DNA of 64,000 bases from Mytilus trossulus (taxonomy: Eukaryota). This document shows positions 35,670 to 49,501 of this stretch, piece by piece. The number at the start of each line of letters is the position of its first letter. The first letter of the stretch is position 1. The notes under the pieces were generated by a model. That model saw nothing but the letters and a program-made list of their open reading frames with translations, searched no databases and was not told the DNA's origin. The translations under genes were made by a program, and so were the position numbers. The stretch lies in NCBI RefSeq assembly GCF_036588685.1, contig NC_086383.1:42036001-42100000 (forward strand), written 5' to 3'.

Positions 35670-37538
35670 TGATTGACCAAGAAACTCTCATACTATGAAT
35701 ATCCTGAATAAATAAAAAAAAACAATGTGAAAATTATCATCACAATTGAAACCTTAATCATATTAATAGTAAAGCATATACATTAATATTACACAAAATA
35801 ATAGCAAAAAGACAAAGCTCTTACAATCAGATACTTTCAGTAAACAGAAGATAAAATGGCACGATCCTACTCTATACTCGGCATATTAAATGATTGGTCA
35901 TTTCGATCTATCTTTCAAAACTTTGCCTATCATAAGCAATTACTGTTTATATTTCTATACAACCCTTGAGTTTTGATTTGTAGTTAAAAGTCTTTTTTGT
36001 GTCGACAAATTTTTGTTTTTTATAAAGTTTTTTTTTTTTTTTAAATATAGTCACATTAAAAATCCAGCCACAGTCATGAAATTAACATATTGTTATTATT
36101 TGAAAGCTTTTTAATGCACCAAAGTAAAGAGAATGAAAGCAAACTTACGTTCTAATATTGTGTTTATATTGCGTCCAGTGAATGTTTACCTGTTTTTGTT
36201 TAAATGTCTTTTTGAGCGAGTTAAGCCATTTCAATTGATATTTTATAGTGTGTCTTTTATTTTGTAATTCTACACTACTGTCTCAGGTTAGGTTGAAAAT
36301 TGGCTCATGTTTAAAGGTTTAAACCCGCTTCATTTTTATGCACCCCTTCCTAAGTCAGAAGTCTGTCGGTGTGAGCCAATGCTACATGTGAAAGGCCGTA
36401 CCTTGACCTATAATTGTTAACTTTGTATACATTGTGACTTGGATGATGAGTTGTCTCATTGGTTTTATGTTCTTTGTAGTATTTTGATTTTTCGCTTTGC
36501 GTGACAAATGTTGGTGTTTATCTCTTCGATGTACATTGTTTTTTTTTATTGATCTCTTATGATCTTCTCACTTTATTTAATTTAAAAAAAACCTTCTTTA
36601 CCGGAATTAATGAATGAATAATATAATAAAATTCTTTAGAACAGAAAAAAACATCATGTACATAATTTATAACGGTCTTTGCTTTTCTTCTTGATTTATG
36701 AACATCACAAATATGATCCTTCGGACTATATTTTCAACCAATTTTTCGCAAAGTGTTCTTTCATTAAAAGACATCTAAGTATTTCTTTGAAATAATGCTG
36801 AATTCTATACAAAAAAATTGTTGAATAATACAATTCCTGGTATTAAAAAGACGTAGACAATTTTCTTGTATATACAAATTCATACAGAACAAATCTACCG
36901 TTGATTTTCATGCAATTTCGATAGCAAAAAAAATTAATAAAGTGTACTCCAGTAATGCAGTACTAACAATCGATTATTTTTTTTCCATAGCTTAAGAAAA
37001 TCAATTTCATTTATTATTTGTCTATCATGTCTATCGCATATCAAATTAAAGGCATGTGTGAACACGTTTTTTTCTATTCAAAATAACTCGACATTACACA
37101 AAGATTTCGGGAGAAATAACGAATAAGGGAATGTTAATATTGAATATCACTTTCATGTTATTTTGTTCTATACAAAGAGTTGTCTAATTTGCAAGAAAAC
37201 CACATTTTCCTCCTTTTATTGATTGATTGATTGGTGTTTAACGCCACTTTCAACACTTTTGTGATATCTTGTGGTGGTTAGTTTTTATTGGTGAAGGTGT
37301 AATGCCACCAAATCATCCGGTTTCATACGAAAAAGGGTCGAAGAAATATTCCCTTGAATTTGACAGTTGTAGGAAATGAATCTTACATTTTTTTTTGTAA
37401 TTATTTTATTTTTCAAGATGAAACATGTGATATTACATAATACAGTATTAGACACAAGGTATAAAAAGTTAATTAATACTTATCAGATCGATTAAATCAT
37501 AATGGTATAACAAGATATAAATATTACAATTGATTTTG

Positions 37539-40500
37539 TTAATTAAATGCTGCTTCTAACAATTGCCACTTCTGATCCATTTTTATTTTTTGTGTAGGGG
37601 TTAAGAAACATACAGAGTATTTTTCTATTGTAATCCAATACTTTAAATATTCTATCCCACCATATTTTGTGGGCAGTACACTCTTACATCTACATTTGTA
37701 TATATAGTATTTAAATAACAACAAGATATTATTAACTGTTTTACTGTTGACAGAATCCTCAGACACACCTAAAATGACCTCTTTTGCACTAAAAGGCAAG
37801 AAGATTTCGTAATTTCTAATCCAATCTATAATGGATAACCAGAAGTTTTGTGTTACATTACATTCCCAAAAAATGTGAAAAATATTTTCTTTAACTTCTG
37901 AACAAAATGTACATAGTTCAGTTTCTTTTAATTTACATTTATATAAAAAGGAATTACATGGTAAAATCCTATGAACAATCTTAAATTGAAAATTTTGTAA
38001 AAACGAATTTTTGGTTATAATGAAGGGCATGGAATAAATAGCATTCCAATCTTCAATCTGTAAATTTAAGTCTATTTACCATTTGTTACGGGAAGAAAGA
38101 GATAATACTTTATTATCCTCCAGAAATAAATTATAGAAAAAATTACAAGACTTAGGTTCTTTTTTAACTTTATCTACTAATTTATTTTCAATATTATCAA
38201 GTTTAGAACTACCTACTATCCTACTTTTCCATATATTTGGAATAGCACTTAAAATACCATAAAACTCTACAAAATTAGTATTGAAATTATACTTTTTCGC
38301 AAATTCTTCATATGAGAATAATGTATTATTATCTGACACCAGATCATTGATGAAAAATATGCAATTTTCAATATATTTACCCTTCAAAATCATCTTGCCA
38401 TCCATTTTGATGTTTGGATTTAGCCATATGGACTGGGACAGAATATCGGTGTTGTTTTCAACTTTCAGTTTATTTTTCAATTTTGAAAAATTAACCAGGA
38501 TATCATGCCAAAAGGGATTGACTTTTTTTGCTAAATAAAGCAATCCTTCCTTACTTAAATGTAAAATTTTGTCCCCCCCCAAATTTTTGTATATAACTAA
38601 GCAGCAACACTTTCCAAGGAGAGTAATTTTGGGGGTCTAGTAATTTATACAGCCAAGACATTTTAACGCTATAACAAAAATAGTAAATATTAGGCATCTT
38701 AAGACCGCCATCACAGTGTTCGGACATAACCACTGTTCTTTTCACTTTATCTGGTTTTCCTTTCCATAAAAAATTGAAAAATATATTTTGAATCTCCTTC
38801 AAAACCCCATCTGGGGGGTTAGGGAGGACAGTCGGAACTTGAACCAGAATGGGAAGTGCTAAAGTTTTAATCACCACCACCCTCCCAATATATGTTAGTT
38901 CTCTATAAGCCCAAGTATTAAGAAGTGACTTGATACTGTTTATCTTGGCTGTAAAATTACATAGAGTCTTATCCCTTTTAGCAAGCTCAAACCATATTCC
39001 TAATAGTTTGAACCTCCCAGAAAGGTTCCAAACAAGATTTTTTTCTGGTAAAAGTTTTTCCATACTACCCTTTTTTGACCCAATCCATATGGCCTCAGTT
39101 TTGTCAACATTACACCTGAGTCCAGCACATTCTGAAAATTTATCAAACAAATTTAGACATTGATTTAGAGACTTTTGGTCACCATCCAGGACAAGGGAAG
39201 AATCATCAGCATATTGACTCAATAAAAATTCTGAGTCATTAATAGTTACTCCAGCAACATCAGGGTCATTTTTAATAGCTGTCCGTTGTTTAACACTGCA
39301 CTAGAGGCATCACAGTAGCATGCCTTAATCCAACTTATAAATGTTTGGTCAAAGCCATAAAACTGCAACGCCTCTAGTATAAAAGACCATTCGACCGTGT
39401 CGAAAGCTTTTTCAAAATCGACTAAAAGTAAAAGTCCAGGAATGTCGTCTTCCTCCATCTTTTCCATTAGATCATAAATAAATCTAGTACATTCACCTAT
39501 GTACCTACCTTTAAGAAATCCTTTTTGTGTTTGACTTATTATATTTACCAGCACCTTTTTTAGTCTATTTGCTAAACTTGCTGTAGCTATCTTATAGTCT
39601 ACACACAAAAGTGTGATAGGTCGCCAGTTCTTTAAATAAAATTTTGACTTACCCTCCTTTGGTATACAAGTAATGAGTCCCTGTCTTTGTGTGATTGAGA
39701 ACTTTCCATATTCAGGACAGACATTCCTGCATTGTTAAAAGTCCCTCACAGGAACCCACCTCTTCCTCATTCGGTTTTGTAATAAAAGGATTATCATGTT
39801 AAAGAAATGTGTCCCTGTGAGTTTCAAGTAACAATGGTTTACAACAAGTATATAATTTTTTATAAAACTGTTTTTGCTCATTTCTAATAGAACTAGGATC
39901 TGTTATCTCAGTCTCGTCCTCCAAAATAAGTTTGGGAATAATTTTTTCTGTGTAATGTTTTTTTTCCAAATTACAAAAAAAGTTACTTCCCTTTTCCCCC
40001 TCTACTTGCCATCTTGCCTTAGCTCTTGTAATTATCCCTTTTACATTTTTTTCCCTCAATATTTTTAATTCTAGTTCCATCCCTTCCCTTTCTTGGTATA
40101 CTGATGGCAAGTTATTCTCCAAAAGTTTTTCATCTAATAATGATATCTTATATAGTAAATCTTTTTCTTTTTATTTTCTTCTTTTTTCTGGAAAGACGAC
40201 AAAGAGATAGCAGACCCACGGACTTTCATCTTAATCATATCCCATAAAAGCTGATAGCTTATATTAAACTGTTTATCCTCTGTCTCAATATCAATAGATG
40301 GATCAGACTCATATTCTTCAATGACAGTTTTGATGTCCCCTTTTACTTTCTCAATAAATTCAGTTTCCCTTAAAAGACTGTTATTAAATTTCCATGTACC
40401 CTTCCCTCTTATCTGACTAGAAAACTTTAAATTAATCGACACAGGAGAATGATCCGATCTATAACTTATTCCTATATCTGATGAAACTACAAATACTTCT

Positions 40501-41129
40501 ATATCTGATGTAATCATGAAGTAGTCCAAACGACTTTGTTTGTGATTTGGACCCCGCCATGAGTACCTATTATCAAAAGGGTGCTGCTGGCGCCATATAT
40601 CTAATAGATCTAGTTCATGCATTACCTCATGAATCTTGGCTTTTGACTGGGGGTTGTTTTCACTTCTATAATGTAATGTGTCCATGTCATAGTCTTGAAC
40701 AACATTCCAATCTCCCACTACTACAATTGACGAATTGCTGTAGCGGGATATTTTCTGTTTTATGTTCTCAATAAAGACTGGGTCATCATTATTCGGTCCA
40801 TATATAGCTGCCAAAGTTATACGGTAGTCCTGAATAGTGATATCTAATGTAATAAAATTACCCACCAGGTCTATAGTTTCATCATGAATCTTGAATTCGA
40901 AAGTATTTTTGAAAAGAATAGCTACCCCTCTACTTTTACTAGAATAAGAACTAAATTTCCCCACATATCCCCATTCATGAAGCCATTGTTTTTCTTTTTC
41001 AGATGTGCTATGGGTGTCTACTAATATAGTTATATCATATAAGTCCTTATATTTTGTAAATATATCAATTCTTTTAACTGTTTCTGATAAACCCCTGCAG
41101 TTTACGCTACCAATAGTTATATTCGACAT
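37539..41129 (-). pseudogene. LINE ORF2 (APE endonuclease, RT, zf-RVT), fragmented
   Basis: SVNCRGL, IYGPN, GDWN, SRLDY, SDH (APE); WRPITLL, DFEKAFD, YADD (RT); CTFC..ENIFHIFWEC. Several frameshifts; the QG motif region is deleted near 39280. Confidence 0.92.
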
Positions 41130-42530
41130 AATATAATAAAGTGGTTAAAAATGAGTAGCATAAATAATATAAATATCTACAAGCACAATATATCAAAGCA
41201 GCATTAACAAAACATACACACATGCGTCTATAATACGTAAAAGTTGTTTCACAATGTTTCAATTTTTTACTTAAAGTTACCCCCAACCCCCAAAGACTTT
41301 TTGTCGAAAGCACCATGCTATGAATAGAATGAGCATTACTTTTGTGCTAAAGTAGAAACAAAAAAATATATCATAAAAGTTCTGTAAATCTCCAATTTTT
41401 TTTCTCAATTTGCATGTTTTAAATTTTAAATTTGTGTATTGTTTGTCTAAAGGAGAAGACAAACAAATAAAGATGAATTAATAATATTAACATCGTGAAA
41501 AGAAATAACTGAAGAAAAAAGTAAATAACGAAAAAGAAACAACACAGAATATTTAACAACACATAAACATGATAAACTTGTATTCACACAATGTAAACAA
41601 AACACATATAAATATATATACACACATGCGCCCCACATGCATTTACTGATACAAGAACATACATCTATAATTTTTCCTGTCTGAATTTTTAAACAGCACA
41701 GATTCACTACCTTTACATGTACATTCTCTTTATTTTGCATAAATATTGTAAGAAGAGTGTCAATTCTTAAGTATGAACATACCCAGATTTGACGAATCTA
41801 TTTATAGAAGATTATTTTTGCATACATATCAAGGTTGGATCCGTAATTTTAATAATGAACTATCTAAAAGTACATGTGAACCTATGACCTGTTTTATACC
41901 ATGTTGTAGTTATACTTATAGCTACATGTATTTGTTGGAGAAAGCCTGTCAATTTCAAATAAATTGCATGCTGGTAGGTTTATGCATACATGTAGGGTTT
42001 GTTTCTAACTGGATCATAATATCCATGTAATCAGACTAGTTTTATCAAAGTATCTAAACGGTCAATGAAAATTCGTTTTAATACGTTTAGATGACGCCGT
42101 GTATATTGTCATTGATTAAGATTTTACTTATATTTAATTATAAAATAGAATACGCTATATTGGGTACACTTTTGCATATCAGTATAGTGCCATTTCAGTT
42201 TTTGAGTTAATAATCACAGTAAAAACCGATTAATTCTTACCAATAATCTTTAAAAAGTGTATTTTCAATGTGTGTTTTTTATAAAAATTGTACACCGGAA
42301 GTTTTGAAACGGATAGTAAAAGTATACACAAAGACGGAAATGACTTTTTATATTCCGTAAAAAAACAAAATTAAACTCAGGTAATTCTGACTACAATACA
42401 AATATTCACACTTACAACTCTTGTGAAAAGGAAAAAAACGAAATACTATAGGAAAAACAACCATAAACGAGAACAACATTAAATAGATTGAAAAGAATGG
42501 ACATCAAATATTAAATGGACAGTTATGCAT

Positions 42531-43494
42531 CTATTCTATGCCGGATTTTAGTTTCTGCCTTATGTTGTCGTAAATGTCAAAACGATGCCGATCTCCGTTA
42601 TTGTCAGTGCCATATATGTGTCCGTTGAAATACCACGCACTGGTAACATCCTCATGTAGGTATAACCGATTAAGAAGTCCTTGGTTTAATCGTGTTACAT
42701 CATCAGAAATCCGAACTTCCAACTTCTCATTGATTAGTTTTCTATTTCGAAGTAAAGCAATTTTAGATTCCATGCGGAGAAATTTTACTAAAATTGGCCT
42801 AGGTTTGCCCGGTTTTCCAGGGATCCTGTGTGCTTCTACAATTTCTGATTGGTCAATATTAACGTCCAGTTTACCTATCTCAGTGAGAAAATTGTGAGGC
42901 AATTTTTCCCCCCTTTTTTTCTGGAAAGTCAAATATTTTAACGTTTTTCTTCCTTGAATATTGTTCATTCCAATTAGATAATTGCATTGCATCTGTTGCA
43001 CGCCTACCTGTATTTTCTATTTCTTCTTTCAGTAGTCTGTTCTCTTTATGAAGGCTTGCGTTGTTTTCTAAAATATTTGCATTGTCAAATTCTACGCTAT
43101 CAATTCTTGCACTTAGCCTAGATACTTCTGATTTAAAGTGTTGTTCTACTTTCTCTTGGTTAGATTGAATTTCGACCATCATTTCTTTTTTTAGTTCTTT
43201 TTTCATCTCTTTTTTCATTTGGGTGAGTAAGCTTGTTACAGTTTGTGTTACAATCAATTCAACATCTTCTTTTCTCAATATGTTTTTCATGGAATTTCTT
43301 ATTTCATTTAATTCTGTTTCAATGCATAGACTGTGATCGCCATCGCTAGATAGGCATGTAAGCGGGCGTTTTGCAGATTTTGGTTTTGCGGGTGTTGAGT
43401 CACTAAATACAGAGTCGTCATTTTCCGGTGTAGCAGATAGTTTGCCAACGTTAGCTGTCGATACAAAGCTTGTTATTTGCTGTTGTAGTGCCAT
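42531..43494 (-). pseudogene. LINE ORF1 (coiled coil plus L1-type RRM/CTD), frameshifted near 42910
   Basis: EQYSRKKNVKIFDFPE joins AHRIPGKPGKPRPILVKF...ISDDVT...AWYFNG across two frames. Confidence 0.85.
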
Positions 43495-46400
43495 TATCGG
43501 AGGACGGAAAATGTTAATGTTTAAATACTATACTATACAATATTGATATCTGGCTTTGTTTTGTTTTTGTTTACAAAATTTACGATCTATTTTTGAACTG
43601 CTATATAGTGAGTGTTTTTTACTCAATTAAGTCACTACCAATGTCTATATTTAGAATGTTTTTTTCTATCTTGAATCTAACATTTCATTGCAGTAAAAAT
43701 TTACTGAGTCATAAACATATATCTTGGGTGTTTCAACGCCCATTATTTTTTTTCATTTGGTGTTTCTATAGAATATTTTGGAAAGTTGAGGTTTTCTGGT
43801 GAGTGAAGCTTATACACAGGGAAAAAAAGGGATGATAATTTGTTGGTTAACTTCCAGTGTTGGTTAGTTTCTTATATGCAATGAAATGTATGTGAAATTT
43901 TGTCTATAGTACTGGACAGGATAAAACTTTACTCATGCAAAGTATTTCTTTATTTGAAACAAAGATAAATTCTGCACATTTTTTAAAAAGTGCAAATTTA
44001 CCAAAGACTTATAAGGGAATGTCAATGTTGGTATTACACCTATTGTCGGAAGCTGCACATGCACCTTTAACTTGTGAGTACTCACATTTGTTAAAATGTC
44101 ATGCTATTTAAGTGAAATATTCTGAGTGAATTGAGTCTCAAAAACTCATTTTATGAGAAAACTGCCTTGAAATAGGACTCTACCTTGAATGTTAGTAGAC
44201 AGAACAGACATACTCAGTCTTTTGGGGAGCTTGTTCTCACTTTTTCTCCTTATTTCTTATATTTTGCTATAATAGAAAACTTTTTCCGAAGAAATACTTT
44301 AATAAATAGATAGATATTAGTAAATGATTTTTTTTTAAGCAGTAACAACAAATTATTTACGTAAAGGGAAGCTTTGTATGTCCCTCTCTGGAATGCGGCG
44401 TAAATTTGAATTTTTCGGAAGGACTTGTTGAAACCTCAATGGAGTCAGTAAACATTTATATGGATAGTTCATTCGGCTTGAATACTTCAATACTCAATCA
44501 CATTTCTTTCATAAATGAGTGAAAGTAACATCAACAAATACTAAAATTTTGAGTAAATGAGAGGTATAAATGAAACAAAAGAGACCTTATAATGAAGATA
44601 AAGGGGTTTCAGTGGTATTTATCATCCTAAAGTCATCTAGTGTATCATATTCAACTGTGTGTAGGCAGATGAGATAACACTATATTCTACCATGATGCGG
44701 CTTGATTTGAATTTTTCGAAGAAATTTTGCTTGATCACTGTCGATGTCGTCTTACAATATACTAGATTTTTCTCAAACTAATGAACTGATTATGATAAAA
44801 CTTGACATAAAATAACCAGTATTACAAAGGGAAACAATCACATTCAGTTTATTCAATAAAAAAGTATTCTTTATGTGAAAAACCACCAAATCATACTACG
44901 TCACATCCGGTTGCATCTTAAAAAGGGTTAACAATAAATATTACCTTGGATTTGACAGTTGTAGGAAATTAATCTTAATTTTCATTGCAGTAAAAAATTT
45001 CTGAGTCATAAACATATATCTTGTGTGTTTCAAAGCACCATTATTTTTTTTTATTTGGTGTTTCTATTGATTATTTTTGAAAGTAGAGATTACATAAAGC
45101 TTGTACACATGTAAAATATGATTGGCTAATTTCCAGTGATTGTTATTTTCTTATATGCAATGAAATGTTATGTGAAATTTTATCTATGGTACTGGACAGG
45201 ATTGAACTTTACTCATGCCAAGTATTTCTTTATTTGAAACAAAGATAAATTCATCACATTTTTTTTTAAAAGTGCAAATTAAACAAAGAATAATATGGGA
45301 AAGTCAATGGTGGTATTACACGTAAAGGAAGCCGTCTACGGAGAAAACCATCGACCTTCGGTAGGAAAACTGACATTTCTAGTCAATTAAGGTTGGAGTC
45401 GAGTGCACCCGCACGAGCGAGGTTCGAACTCACAACCTCAGTGTTGACTGGCTAGTGATTACAGTAGTTAAACTGCTTAGACCACTTGACCACCGAGGCG
45501 CCTGGTTCCTCTTTTTATATCAGTCAGTTGATATTGTACCACTAAGCACAACTTTTCACATTGTCGAAATTTTATACGCTGCAAGGTATATTAAATGTCA
45601 TTCATTTCTTAATAAAAAACTGTGGAATGCCATTTAAGAATTAATGGTTTGGAATTCATAGTACTGTAAGCTTTCAATTGCTATATTGTCTTTAGTAGTA
45701 TTGCTAGGAAACATTCTATATCCATCTACATAACTCGAAAAATTCAGCGCCATCTTACGGTCGGTGTCGTTCAGAGTTAATCGAGTGATCGTAGTGAGCG
45801 GAATATAACGACTGGATTATTCGGGTTAACATCTACAAGTATGGTAGTTAATTAATATAACTTCATATACAATAGATGTGACTTTTTAAAATCAATCCTT
45901 TTTTCACGATAAAGATTAAAACTTTCTACAGATTATTCAGTGACTTGGTTCCTCAAATTAACTCTTTTTATATATTAATAAATGGTGTCTTCATAAATTT
46001 GTAAGGTCTTTCCACATTACTTTTCTAAGTAGTTAATAAGAAGCTACTTCCGATTCAATTAAAGTTACCATTGGCATTCAATTATATAAATTTCTTCATA
46101 CTAATTAAAAAATTATAAGGTTTCTATATACTTTTAACTTAAATATGGGAAATACTTTGCTACTTCCGGTTAATAAAATATCATTTCTGGTTTCATATGA
46201 TAGCTTTCTATGCACTGATTCCAAAATTATAATGGTTTTCATATACTTTTTCCTTAAATATAGGATATAATTTGCTACACCCGGTTAAAAAAAATGTCAT
46301 TTCCGGTTTCATAAGATAGCTTACTTTCAACTTATTCCGAAAATGTATGATTTCTATAATAGATACTTTTCTTTCAAATAAGGGAGATACTAAGCTACTT

Positions 46401-47740
46401 CCAGTTTACGGAAGGCGATTTCCGTGTAATTAAAAGGTAATTGTATGTTGATTGAAAATTAATAGTTTGTAAGTACTTTTCCTTTGAATAAGTACTTCCA
46501 GTTTGCACAAGGTAACTTCCGATTGATATTTTTCAAGGTCATGTGTCATCCAACCCTTTGCAAACACACGTTTGCTTTATCATGTACCAGAATGAAGTTA
46601 TATTAGATTTATCTAATTTTTTTACATTTTAGAGATCGCTTCGAACTAGATCTACCATTTCTGTGTCTCAACAACACAAAAAAATTAACATCAGTTCTTT
46701 TATAACTAGCTTTCATAGCATAAGATAGGATGCACGCACAACAAAGGGCAACATTAAAAAATGACCTTACCTTAGACCTTGACACCATTTTCTTGTGGTG
46801 GACCATGGACCTCAAATCAGGATACCGTAGGTCTCTATCACTTACTGTTCATGAGTTACATTTATATAACACCCATGTCAAATGCAAAAGGGGACATAAC
46901 TCTCATATGGAGTCTCAGTATCGCTTCGGTTAAAATTGACCGAAGAATCATGAAGATTAAACGAGCCATTTGGAAAAATAAATTTGTCGATTTCTTTTAC
47001 GGTTTCGAATGAGATGTGTACACAAGAAAAACAGTGTTTGGGGAGATAACACTTACAAAGAATATTGTTCGGATAACAAAACCAAATATTTAAGCGACAT
47101 GTTGCCAAACAAAAATTACAGGGAAGAACAAAACTTGTCGTAAGAAAAAAAGTATAATCAAAACAAATACAATAAGTTTTTGCACATACCCTGTTATTTT
47201 TTTTTCAAATGCAAATACAATAGATGTAACTTTTAAAAATTCATCCTATTTTCACGATAAAACCTAAAATGTTCTACAAATTATTCAGACACTTGATTCC
47301 TCAAAATAAATCTTTTTATCTATTTATAATTGCTGTCTTCATAAATTGTGTTTGAGAAAAAATCATTTTTGTTAAACATTGTCATTTTAGTCAGTTTCTC
47401 AACTTTAATTTTTGGTTTATGACGGGCGCAGCTCATCCATAGTTATGTTTTGAAAAGATTAGCATTGCTTTTGCGCTGGTTTTCAGTTTTTGTTATTTGT
47501 ACTTTCTATTTTCTAATGTATGATTGTGTTGTATCTACCGATAACAATTTTTGGCTTTATTTGTATTAAAAAATTCTTACTTTCACAGTCGGCCAAGTTG
47601 AAGGGTTCGATAACTTAATATCTATCTATGAAAGTCATTCAGAAATAAACAAATTCTAAATAGAAAAAAAACCTATTGTTATGATTATTTCGAAAGACCC
47701 GATTGTTCTTTGTAAAACTAACGGTAATGCTGTTTCTTTA

Positions 47741-48041
47741 TTTTTATGCCCCACCTACGATAGTAGAGGGGAATTATGTTTTCTGGTCTGTGCCTCCGTT
47801 CGTTCCTTCGTTCGTCCGTTTGTCCGTTCGTTCGTCCCGCTTCAGGTTAAAGTTTTGGTCAAGGTAGTTTTTGATGAAGTTGAAGTCCAATTAACTTGAA
47901 ACTTAGTACACATGTTAACTATGATATGATCTTTCTAATTTTTATGCCAAATTAAAGTATTGACCACAATTTCACGGTCCAGTGAACATGTAAAATAATA
48001 GTGCGAGTGGGGCATCCGTGTACTATGGACACATTCTTGTT
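47741..48041 (+). mobile_element. HINE/pearl-like element, copy B, one core repeat
   Basis: As 7580-8052 but with a single 169-bp unit. Confidence 0.75.
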
Positions 48042-49342
48042 TGCGCTAGTTTCACATGTCTTGATCGGTGTGAGAAAAACATTTATCCTCACTAGTGAAA
48101 AACCTGTTCTTGGCAAATGATTGGTCGAAATTCAATTATAACGTCAAATTTTCTTGGTTTCTTTTGAAATTCCTGTTGAGACGTCATGAAAAGGACGACC
48201 ATATTTGATGACGTCACATATAAAGCACACAATTTTCTGCAATTCTTTTGAAAAGGTAGGATACAAATCATGAGAGAAACACTTTTACTCGTGTATAACG
48301 ATATTTCTCCACTTTCAACAGTTAAAGTTTAATTATCTGAAAAGCTCGGTAAGCCTTGCACTTTAAATATTAAAATTTAACTGTCTCGAATGGAGAAATA
48401 TCGTAACACACTCGTGGCATTGGTGGAATCTCTATTTCTTACATGCGACAAATTCAGAATAACTATTTATAGGAGAAAGGGCAATTAAAGGGCATTTGTG
48501 GAATTTTTATTATTCATAATATCACTAAAGGAATAAAATCAAAAATAAAGGTCTTTCCATCCGAAAAGATTTATTTTGATTCAAAAATATTAAAACTTCG
48601 TTTAAAATGTCATTTCCAGCGTCAATGATAGCTTATTGTACGCTGATTTAAAAAATATATGGTCTCTAGACATTTTATTTTAATAAGGTAGATAATTTGT
48701 TTCTACCGGTATGAAAAATGTCACTTCCGTATTATTTGATAGTTTACTTGACACTGATTCCAAAAATATATGGTTTTATATACTTTGATTAACATTACAC
48801 AAATACAAAAATTATCTCATTCCGGTTTACACAATGTAAGTCCCATAACTGTGTCATGTATACATATGAAGTAAAAGCAAAGGTCAAAATCTAGAACGTA
48901 AAATTTACCTATGACCTTGAGCTCAATTTGAAGGTCATAAACCAAAGACCTCAAATCAAAAGACACTAGGTCTTTATTATATATGTTGAATGAGTTGTAT
49001 CACCATATGCGTAATTTTACCATAACATGTGACATAACCAATTTACTGTAACTTGACCTGAAGACGTTTTTCTTTTCAATTCACTCTAATTCCGTCTTGG
49101 TTTGATGTCATTATAAAAATAAGAAGACGTGGTATAATTGCCAATGAGACAACTATCCATGAAATCTCAAACGAATTGAAAGTAAGCAATACCAACTAAC
49201 TGGATAAAGCTCTCTCACAAGCCACAAAAACTATAACAGTTACTGTAAAAAAAAATAACAGAATACAACACAAGCACTGGGCCACATTCTACAGCATCCA
49301 CACATCTTGTTGGTAATTTTTCAAATAGGACAATGCTATATT

Positions 49343-49501
49343 TAATGAATGGCTGTTATTTATTTTGAATTTATTGAACCATAAAATTAATTTTTGACTC
49401 TTCACATTGAATAATCCGCGAAGCGGATTATGTTAAATGTGAAAAGTCAAAAATTAATTTTATGGTTCAATAAATTCAAAATAAATTATTGCCATTCATT
49501 A
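49343..49501. repeat. GCGAAGC-centred palindrome, copy B
   Basis: Paralog of 9422-9580. Confidence 0.9.

Larger units (their letters stand above)
37391..43671 (-). mobile_element. Full-length, inactivated L1/Tx1-clade LINE (~6.3 kb), copy B only
   Basis: 14-bp TSD TGAATCT(T/A)ACATTT (37377-37390, 43672-43685); short poly(A) at the left end; empty site near 2618-2631. Confidence 0.93.
37219..45502 (-). mobile_element. Copy B of the V-type SINE, containing the composite element (37297-45321), which in turn contains the LINE
   Basis: Same junctions as 2461-4422 and 2539-4241; three-level nesting. Confidence 0.8.
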
